From positions 1 through 4,871 of IMG/VR virus record IMGVR_UViG_2636415477_000008: a DNA stretch of 4,871 nucleotides. One strand, 5' to 3'. Positions 1 to 4,871 of the stretch are shown in pieces. The number at the start of each line of letters is the position of its first letter. Within the stretch, counting starts at the first letter, position 1. The notes under the pieces were generated by a model. It was not told the origin of the DNA. It did no database searches and saw nothing but the letters and a program-made list of their open reading frames with translations. Source of the stretch: a virus (Duplodnaviria > Heunggongvirae > Uroviricota > Caudoviricetes). The position numbers and the translations under genes are program-made.

Positions 1-21
1 TACATCACAGTTTCTGGAACC

Positions 22-55
22 TTGGGTACTACAGTATCAGTCAGGGTGCTATATT
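22..55 (+). promoter_or_regulatory. Candidate promoter with extended -10 (TGcTATATT at 47-55); possible pR'-like late promoter
   Basis: TG at 47-48, one spacer base, then TATATT at 50-55 (5/6 match to TATAAT). No good -35: TTGGGT at 22-27 is 22 bp upstream. A strong intrinsic terminator lies about 125 nt downstream, resembling the lambda pR'-tR' short-transcript layout. Motif match only. Confidence 0.25.
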
Positions 56-181
56 TTCAGATGTGATGAAAGCCTGTCAGCAGGCAGGGCGTATCGGAAA
101 TGACCCAGTAGAGAAAACGTTGACTCAGATACCGGTGCTGAGTTACCGGGAAACCGGCATCACATGACCGCTATCCTTCCA

Positions 182-208
182 GGCCCATCCGCTCCGGTGG
201 GCCTTTTT
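182..208 (+). terminator. Rho-independent terminator (tR'-like)
   Basis: GGCCCA(T)CCG ctc CGGTGGGCC: 9-bp GC-rich stem with one bulged T and a 3-nt loop, followed by TTTTT (204-208). Confidence 0.55.
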
Positions 209-262
209 ACTGCAGAAAACAGGTTCCCCGTTAAATGCTATGTTGCTCACAATTCAGTAAGT

Positions 263-278
263 TGACAGTTGCCTGTCA
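263..278. repeat. Perfect inverted repeat TGACAG-ttgc-CTGTCA
   Basis: 6-bp arms with 4-bp spacer; a TTGACA hexamer (262-267) overlaps the left arm. Operator-like dyad or RNA hairpin. Confidence 0.3.
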
Positions 279-454
279 GACTGGGCATTTGTTAAAAAAA
301 TTTCGCATGGTGAATCCCCCTGAGCGGAGGGGCGACTGGTGACGGTATAATCTCTGATTATCAAAACGAGAATGACGCGGGTTTAGTGGCACCGGGCTGA
401 ACTCACCGGGAGGCACCCGGCACCATGTTCATGGTGATACAGAAATGCGGCTTC

Positions 455-479
455 AGCCCCTCTCCGGAGGGGCTTTCTT
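455..479 (+). terminator. Rho-independent terminator
   Basis: AGCCCCTC tccg GAGGGGCT: 8-bp stem, 4-nt loop, followed by the T-rich run TTTCTT. Confidence 0.55.
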
Positions 480-485
480 ATGGAC

Positions 486-513
486 AAAAAAGCCCGCGCT
501 GGGAGACGCGGGC
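486..513 (-). terminator. Rho-independent terminator oriented for the minus strand
   Basis: GCCCGCG ctgggaga CGCGGGC (492-513): 7-bp stem preceded on the + strand by AAAAAA (486-491), so the minus-strand transcript has hairpin then U6. It sits back-to-back with the + terminator at 455-479. Confidence 0.4.
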
Positions 514-581
514 GGCAAGGAATAAACAATAAAACGTGAAGTAATATTTCAGCTGGCGAATAATACCCCATAGTAATCACT

Positions 582-604
582 CTGCGCAACTGCGCGGCCT
601 TTTT
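582..604 (+). terminator. Rho-independent terminator
   Basis: CTGCGC aact GCGCGG: 6-bp stem including one G-U pair, 4-nt loop, then CC and TTTTT (600-604). Confidence 0.45.
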
Positions 605-706
605 CGTATTGCGGGCTGTAGTCTCCCTTCTGCCATTGTCCTGTAACTTCCGGACTTCAGCTCGCTCCTTATCTGACTCACAACATTATCCCGACCGGGA
701 GGATTC

Positions 707-2695
707 ATGACATTTAAACACTACGATGTGGTCAGGGCGGCGTCGCCGTCAGACCTTGCGGAGCGACTGACACAAAAACTGAAGGAGGGGTGGCAGCCAT
801 TTGGCAGCCCTGTCGCCATCACGCCTTATACCCTGATGCAGGCCATTGCGGCGGAAGGTGATGTCACCACACCTGTGGTGGTGAAGCCGTCGGATGGAGA
901 AGGCACAGTTATCAGCACCACCAGCGAACCGGAGTATTACTTTGTTGTTGTTCTGGCGGGGCAGTCAAACTCAATGTCTTTTGGTGAAGGGCTGCCGCTG
1001 CCGGAGACATATGACCGTCCGGACCCGCGTATTAAACAGCTGGCGCGTCGCAGTACGGTGACGCCGGGTGGTGTCGCCTGTAAATATAACGACATCATTC
1101 CGGCAGACCACTGTCTGCATGATGTGCAGGATATGAGTAACCTGAATCATCCTGAAGCGGACTTGTCAAAGGGACAGTACGGTTGTGTGGGGCATGCTCT
1201 GCATGTTGCCAAAAAGCTGCTGCCGTTTATGCCTGCGAATGCGGGTATCCTTCTTGTTCCATGTGGCCGTGGCGATTCGGGATTTACTGCGGGGGCCGAG
1301 GGGGCGTTTAACGAAGCGTCGGGAGCGACCGCAGGCTCGTCCCTGTGGGGGGCGGATAAACCGCTGTATCATGACCTGGTCAGCAGAACCCGTGCGGCCC
1401 TGAAGAAAAATCCGAAGAACGTGCTGTTATCAGTGATCTGGATGCAGGGAGAAAAAGATGTCAGTTCGGGGAGACATGCAGAACACAATGCGCTTTTCCT
1501 TGCCATGGTAAATCAGTTCCGTACGGAACTGGCAGATGTGGCAGAGCAGTGTACTGGCGGGACAACGGCCAGCGTCCCGTGGATTTGCGGTGATACCACG
1601 TACTACTGGAAGGAAAGGTATGCAGCGCCGTATGAGGCGGTTTACGGTGGGTATAAAGGCAAAGCTGCGCAGAATATTCACTTTGTGCCGTTGATGACGG
1701 ATGAGCATGGTGTGAATGTGCCGACAAACGAGCCGTCAGAAGATCCGGACATTATCCCGGCGGGATACTATGGCGCTGCGTCACGCACTGCCAGTAACTG
1801 GACGTCAGCCGATCGTAAAACGCACTTCAGTTCATGGGCGCGAAGAGGCCTTGTTTCAGACCGCCTGGCAGGTGCCATTTTGCAGTACGCCGGGCGGACA
1901 TTATCGTTCCTTACCGGGCAGAGCGCACCGCAGTCGGGTGGTACAACTCCCGGTGATGATGTCAGTCCGGGGGTACCGGGTGTTGAGAAACCGCAGGATG
2001 GCGGTGTTGCTGGTACTGGTCATGATGAGGCCGTGAGCAGTACCAGGACGGTGGCTGAATATGATGCGAACAGTGGAAATGGTGTATGGACAGAGCAGCA
2101 GTGGGGGGCTGCCGGTGGCAAAGGCACTGTGACTGATGACGGTGGACGGAAAGCGCTGCGACTGGAAAAACAGCCCGGTAAACTGACGTCCTGGAAAATG
2201 TTCTGTACTGTTGCAGTGGAGGAGGCAAAAAATCTTCTCAGCAAGGGGGGTGAAATTGCCGTACGGTTCAAAATTCCGGATGGAAGCGAACTGGTGAACG
2301 GACAGTTTGTCTTTGGTCTCTACTGGCCGGTGTCGCAGTGGGCGTCAGGCGCGGCAGCAAACAGTATGCTGGCATCATTCTTCCTTCAGACGGATGCATC
2401 AAATCTGAATCTTATGCACCACAAGGGCACGTCGAATGCACAACTGGGTACATTTGGTGCGTTTGACCATAACTGGCATACGGTTGTTTTCCGCTTTGCG
2501 GGAAATAACAGCGAAAGAGTCGTTCCGGTGATTGATGGTACAGAGCAGACGGCGTTTGACCTTGTGATGTGGACAAATGATGGCTTTACAGCAGATACGC
2601 TGACGCTGACAGATATCACGGGGGCAAAAGCGACGTATCCGGTACTGCTTGATACGGTCACAGTCAAAGTTAACGAAAACCGGGAATCAGCATAA
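707..2695 (+). CDS. nanS: Prophage NanS-p-like sialate O-acetylesterase (DUF1737 N-terminus + SGNH/SASA esterase + C-terminal probable carbohydrate-binding domain)
   Basis: 662-codon ORF. ATG at 707 with GGGAGG (697-702) 4 nt upstream; stop TAA at 2693-2695. The N-terminus MTFKHYDVVRAASPSDLAERL...GWQPFGSPVAITPYTLMQA matches the DUF1737 leader of prophage NanS-p proteins as I recall them. GQSN at aa 85-88 (nt 959-970) is the SGNH block-I motif with the putative nucleophile Ser87; WMQGE at aa 245-249 (nt 1439-1453) is a typical SASA-family motif. The C-terminal ~250 aa are Gly/Thr-rich. Position between the late leader and the lysis cassette matches where nanS-p (and stx in Stx phages) sits. 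Confidence 0.85.
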   Translation: MTFKHYDVVRAASPSDLAERLTQKLKEGWQPFGSPVAITPYTLMQAIAAEGDVTTPVVVKPSDGEGTVISTTSEPEYYFVVVLAGQSNSMSFGEGLPLPETYDRPDPRIKQLARRSTVTPGGVACKYNDIIPADHCLHDVQDMSNLNHPEADLSKGQYGCVGHALHVAKKLLPFMPANAGILLVPCGRGDSGFTAGAEGAFNEASGATAGSSLWGADKPLYHDLVSRTRAALKKNPKNVLLSVIWMQGEKDVSSGRHAEHNALFLAMVNQFRTELADVAEQCTGGTTASVPWICGDTTYYWKERYAAPYEAVYGGYKGKAAQNIHFVPLMTDEHGVNVPTNEPSEDPDIIPAGYYGAASRTASNWTSADRKTHFSSWARRGLVSDRLAGAILQYAGRTLSFLTGQSAPQSGGTTPGDDVSPGVPGVEKPQDGGVAGTGHDEAVSSTRTVAEYDANSGNGVWTEQQWGAAGGKGTVTDDGGRKALRLEKQPGKLTSWKMFCTVAVEEAKNLLSKGGEIAVRFKIPDGSELVNGQFVFGLYWPVSQWASGAAANSMLASFFLQTDASNLNLMHHKGTSNAQLGTFGAFDHNWHTVVFRFAGNNSERVVPVIDGTEQTAFDLVMWTNDGFTADTLTLTDITGAKATYPVLLDTVTVKVNENRESA

Positions 2696-2700
2696 CCGGC

Positions 2701-2737
2701 AAAAAAAACCGCCAGCGGCAGAAACGGAAGCTGGCGG
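2701..2737. terminator. Stem-loop immediately 3' of the esterase gene; A8 tract upstream, no T tract downstream
   Basis: A8 (2701-2708), then CCGCCAGC (2709-2716), a 13-nt loop, and GCTGGCGG (2730-2737). The geometry is that of an intrinsic terminator for the minus strand, or a stabilising or partially terminating hairpin for the + strand late transcript. Confidence 0.35.
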
Positions 2738-2834
2738 AGGTAATCCCAATGGAGAATGTAAAGAAAAGATGCTTTCGTATATCGGTTTTTTAAATGAAAA
2801 CAGTTCTCATTGTCAACCATAACGGTAAGAAACT

Positions 2835-3029
2835 ATGACATTTGTTCATCAGGTGATGCTGTACTTCTGTACGGCAGTCTGTGTGCTGTATCTTCTTTCG
2901 GGTGGGTACAGGGCAGTGCGCGATTTCTGGCGCAGGCAGATTGATAAAAGGGCCGCAGAGAAAATCAGCGCCAGTCAGTCAGCCGGAGCAAAAACAGAAG
3001 CCCCACTCATTCCGGAACAACCTTCTTAA
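2835..3029 (+). CDS. Small hypothetical single-pass membrane protein (64 aa)
   Basis: ATG at 2835, stop TAA at 3027-3029. Hydrophobic N-terminal segment VMLYFCTAVCVLYLLSGGY followed by a basic stretch RAVRDFWRRQIDKR (positive-inside). Weak SD (GGTAAG). Function unknown. Confidence 0.4.
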   Translation: MTFVHQVMLYFCTAVCVLYLLSGGYRAVRDFWRRQIDKRAAEKISASQSAGAKTEAPLIPEQPS

Positions 3030-3054
3030 TAACCCCTTTCAACGAGAAAATCCT

Positions 3055-3345
3055 ATGTCAGAAATAAAATCGCTGGTCACTGCTGAGGCAGTGAAGGAAG
3101 TCCTGCGCTCTGAAGAAGTCCGGAGCGCACTGAAACAGCAACTTCGGCAGAACCTTGAGGCGCGTCTTGATGCAGAAGTGGATGCCATTCTGGATGAATT
3201 GCTTGGTGCACAGCCGGAACCATCCCCGGAACTGCTTCCGGAACCACAGGCGGAAGATGTCACCACGGAAAATGGTGATATTCAGCCGGAGCCACCGGTG
3301 ACGGATATGACAGACACACAGCCAGAATCGGGCACAATGCTGTAA
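3055..3345 (+). CDS. Hypothetical acidic protein (96 aa): helical N-terminus, Pro/Glu-rich C-terminus
   Basis: ATG at 3055 (MSEIKSLV...), chosen over the GTG at 2881 that the ORF track uses, because that extension overlaps the 64-aa ORF and has no RBS. Weak SD-like GAGAAA. The C-terminus has PEPSPELLPEPQAE-type repeats. Function unknown. Confidence 0.45.
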   Translation: MSEIKSLVTAEAVKEVLRSEEVRSALKQQLRQNLEARLDAEVDAILDELLGAQPEPSPELLPEPQAEDVTTENGDIQPEPPVTDMTDTQPESGTML

Positions 3346-3420
3346 CGGTGAGTCAGGGTCATCAGTAAAGAGCTGGTGGCCCTTTTGTTGTTGTGAGCTT
3401 CCGAGTACGGGAGACGGGGT

Positions 3421-3636
3421 ATGTACCAGATGGAAAAAATCACAACAGGTGTGTCATACACCACGTCAGCGGTGGGAACGGGCTACTGGTTCCTGCAGTT
3501 GCTGGACAGGGTTTCCCCGTCTCAGTGGGCGGCAATAGGCGTGCTGGGGAGTCTGCTGTTTGGGCTGCTGACATATCTGACTAACCTGTATTTCAAAATC
3601 AGAGAGGACCGTCGTAAGGCAGCGCGGGGAGAGTAA
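3421..3636 (+). CDS. S: Class II holin (S21-like pinholin) with dual-start motif
   Basis: 71 codons. GGGAG (3409-3413) 7 nt upstream of ATG 3421. In-frame Met at codons 1 and 4 (MYQMEK). Two TM segments: a weakly hydrophobic Gly/Ser/Thr-containing TMD1 ([18 protein letters not shown]) and TMD2 ([18 protein letters not shown]); basic C-tail [13 protein letters not shown]. Close resemblance to phage 21 S21 as I recall its sequence. Confidence 0.85.
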   Translation: MYQMEKITTGVSYTTSAVGTGYWFLQLLDRVSPSQWAAIGVLGSLLFGLLTYLTNLYFKIREDRRKAARGE

Positions 3637-3640
3637 GGCG

Positions 3641-4276
3641 ATGAATAAACAATACAAACTGGTTGTTAAAGGGATAAATAATTACCCGGATAAGATTACT
3701 GTTACTGTGGCACTGGAAATTGGTGGGTATCCGTCACTGTTGTTGCCAAATGTGGCGATTAGTCTTGACCGTACTGAAGGTGCCACGCTGGAATTTTACG
3801 AAGCTGAGGCGAAAAAACAGGCGAAGCAGTTTTTCATGGATATTGCTGCCGCTTTATGTGAAGGGGATGAGCAGTCGCCGGAAAAGCGCCCCATAATTTT
3901 AGAGGCGCAGGATGTGTTGATAACCTACAGAGGAAAACTACCGGGAATAATTACTGGTTCTCTGAAGACGCCACCGACGGCATTGCGGTCAGAAAACGAT
4001 GATATTGAATCACGCATTGAAAAACTGGAGTGCTATATCGCTGAATTGAAAAAAAGCATCCCAACAAAAAATGAGGTGCTTGCAGCAGATGAAATGAAAG
4101 AAACTATTCTTGATCGCGCGGCGCATCTAAGCTGCGCTTCACGGTTGAAAGAGCATCTTCAGCGGCCTGAAGAAAAACGCCGCGATGAGCAGTTCGCGGC
4201 GTTTTACGATTATTGCATTGAAGTTACTCGCAGGAATTTTGTGAAGGCTTTTGAGGAGAGTAAATCTCTTCAGTAA
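3641..4276 (+). CDS. Hypothetical soluble protein (211 aa) inserted between holin and endolysin; function unknown
   Basis: ATG at 3641, only 4 nt after the holin stop (TAA 3634-3636), with a purine-rich SD GGGGAGAG (3626-3633). Stop TAA at 4274-4276. No TM segment; beta-rich N-terminal half and charged helical C-terminal half (NDDIESRIEKLECYIAELKK...). Visibly more A/T-rich than the flanking genes. I do not recognise the family. Confidence 0.65.
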   Translation: MNKQYKLVVKGINNYPDKITVTVALEIGGYPSLLLPNVAISLDRTEGATLEFYEAEAKKQAKQFFMDIAAALCEGDEQSPEKRPIILEAQDVLITYRGKLPGIITGSLKTPPTALRSENDDIESRIEKLECYIAELKKSIPTKNEVLAADEMKETILDRAAHLSCASRLKEHLQRPEEKRRDEQFAAFYDYCIEVTRRNFVKAFEESKSLQ

Positions 4277-4484
4277 GCTTAATGGCGGACGCTGCAATTA
4301 ATTCAGGAAGGTCCGCAAGGTCATCTGTCAGTGGGAATGATGAAAAATCGGCGGCAGTTCTGTTAAGAATTGCTTTAACTAATTCCTTTTCCTCATCCGG
4401 CAACACGTTGATTAGAGCTACGACTGCTTGCCTGAGTGCGATTAAATCAGCAAAAGTTTGTTTTGGTAGATTTGGATAATCCAT
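4224..4484 (-). CDS. Hypothetical small acidic protein (86 aa), convergent with and 3'-overlapping the 211-aa ORF
   Basis: Minus-strand ATG at 4484-4482 preceded by GAGGTG about 4 nt upstream. Product starts MDYPNLPKQTFADLIALRQAVVALINVLPDEEKE...; stop TAA is the complement of 4224-4226. An alternative upstream ATG (4556-4554) lacks an SD. The protein is more plausible than the antisense + ORF 4282-4479, which is Ser/Ala-rich. Overlaps the 3' end of the 211-aa gene by 53 bp. Confidence 0.4.
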   Translation of the reverse strand: MDYPNLPKQTFADLIALRQAVVALINVLPDEEKELVKAILNRTAADFSSFPLTDDLADLPELIAASAIKLTEEIYSPQKPSQNSCE

Positions 4485-4514
4485 AGTCACCTCTGTGTTT
4501 ATCAGATTGACATA

Positions 4515-4538
4515 CCCTGGCCAGTGCCCACCACTGGC
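4515..4538. repeat. Interlaced dyad symmetries in the intergenic region between the minus-strand ORF start and the endolysin
   Basis: GCCAGTG-cccac-CACTGGC (4520-4538; 7-bp arms, 5-bp spacer), overlapping the 8-bp palindrome CTGGCCAG (4517-4524). Operator-like; no T tract follows, so not a terminator. Confidence 0.3.
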
Positions 4539-4595
4539 GGGGTGAAGGCTTAACATATCCAGGGATTCGGAACCGATAAATCCTGATAAATATCC

Positions 4596-4871
4596 ATGAA
4601 CGCAAAAATCAAATACGGCCTGTCGGCTGCCGTTCTGGCGCTGATTGCCGCAGGGGCTTCTGCGCCTGAAATTCTCGACCAGTTTCTGGATGAAAAGGAA
4701 GGTAACCACACCACGGCATACCGTGATGGTGCAGGTATCTGGACCATCTGCCGTGGTGCCACCCGGGTGGATGGTAAGCCTGTCGTCCCCGGCATGAAGT
4801 TGTCGAAGGAAAAATGCGACCAGGTTAACGCCATTGAGCGTGATAAAGCGCTGGCGTGGGTGGAGAAAAAC
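4596..4871 (+). CDS. R: SAR endolysin (T4/P21-type lysozyme), 5' partial, runs off the window
   Basis: ATG at 4596, with an in-frame TAA 9 nt upstream, so this is the first possible start; 92 codons are present. N-terminal signal-anchor-release-type segment YGLSAAVLALIAAGASAP (Gly/Ala-rich, weakly hydrophobic). Catalytic triad spacing E35-x8-D44-x5-T50 in EGNHTTAYRDGAGIWT, as in P21 R. No recognisable SD upstream. Confidence 0.85.
   Translation, partial: MNAKIKYGLSAAVLALIAAGASAPEILDQFLDEKEGNHTTAYRDGAGIWTICRGATRVDGKPVVPGMKLSKEKCDQVNAIERDKALAWVEKN

Noticed and set aside
383-589. 68-aa minus-strand ORF in the upstream leader.
   Set aside because: It spans two terminator hairpins and the product is Arg/Pro-rich and low-complexity, so it looks like an artefact of GC-rich palindromic sequence.
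1-706. tRNA genes, which sit between pR' and the cargo gene in Stx phages.
   Set aside because: I found no T-loop-like GGTTCGAATCC-type motif with a flanking acceptor stem and no cloverleaf. The closest string (GGTGAATCC near 309-317) lacks compatible stems. A tRNAscan or Infernal run would settle this.
1166-2820. Multiple 68-144 aa ORFs on both strands inside the esterase gene (1166-1372 -, 1185-1403 +, 1430-1708 -, 1461-1727 -, 1716-2036 +, 1962-2228 -, 2020-2271 -, 2386-2820 -).
   Set aside because: All lie within or antisense to the long, well-supported 662-aa ORF. Their translations are Arg/Ser/Pro/His-rich in the way typical of shadow frames in GC-rich coding sequence, and none has a convincing RBS.
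2881-3345. Longer 154-aa version of the acidic protein starting at the GTG at 2881.
   Set aside because: The extension overlaps the 64-aa membrane-protein ORF in another frame, starts with GTG without an RBS, and encodes a Cys/Gly-rich junk-like N-terminus. The internal ATG at 3055 is preferred.
3039-3657. ORFs 3039-3266 (-), 3282-3464 (-), 3393-3584 (+) and 3466-3657 (-) around the acidic ORF and the holin.
   Set aside because: They are antisense or out of frame relative to the holin and the acidic ORF, with Ser/Arg-rich low-complexity products. The holin frame is strongly supported by its TM architecture and family resemblance.
4282-4479. 65-aa + strand ORF (MADAAINSGRSARSS...) in the holin-endolysin insert.
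   Set aside because: It is exactly antisense to the minus-strand 86-aa ORF, which has the better SD and a more protein-like composition. The + ORF is Ser/Ala-rich with a weak RBS. I cannot fully exclude it, and if it is real the minus-strand call is wrong.
4550-4834. 94-aa minus-strand ORF overlapping the endolysin 5' region, and the long 161-aa version of the minus ORF starting at 4709.
   Set aside because: Both are antisense to the well-supported SAR endolysin coding sequence. The minus-strand gene is better started at the internal ATG at 4484, which has an SD.
1-4871. CRISPR array, insertion sequence or transposase, integrase, and Shiga toxin genes.
   Set aside because: There are no regularly spaced direct repeats, no terminal inverted repeats flanking a transposase-like ORF, and no ORF resembling StxA or StxB; the esterase follows the leader directly.

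Overview
This window reads as the late-gene region of a lambdoid prophage from an enterobacterial host (E. coli/Shigella-like, by inference from the protein families). All confident genes are on the + strand. In order: (1) about 700 bp of non-coding leader with at least four GC-rich hairpin terminators and weak promoter-like elements; (2) a 662-aa NanS-p-like sialate O-acetylesterase cargo gene (707-2695); (3) two small ORFs of unknown function (2835-3029, 3055-3345); (4) an S21-type pinholin with a dual-start motif (3421-3636); (5) a roughly 960-bp A/T-richer insert between holin and endolysin, carrying a 211-aa ORF translationally coupled to the holin stop (3641-4276) and a convergent, 3'-overlapping 86-aa ORF on the minus strand (4224-4484); (6) the 5' part of a SAR-type endolysin (4596 to window end) with the E-x8-D-x5-T lysozyme triad. 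The most unusual feature is the two-gene module splitting the normally contiguous holin-endolysin pair; I do not recognise either protein. I found no tRNA, rRNA, CRISPR array or transposase. All family assignments are from reading the translations and from memory, not from a database search.
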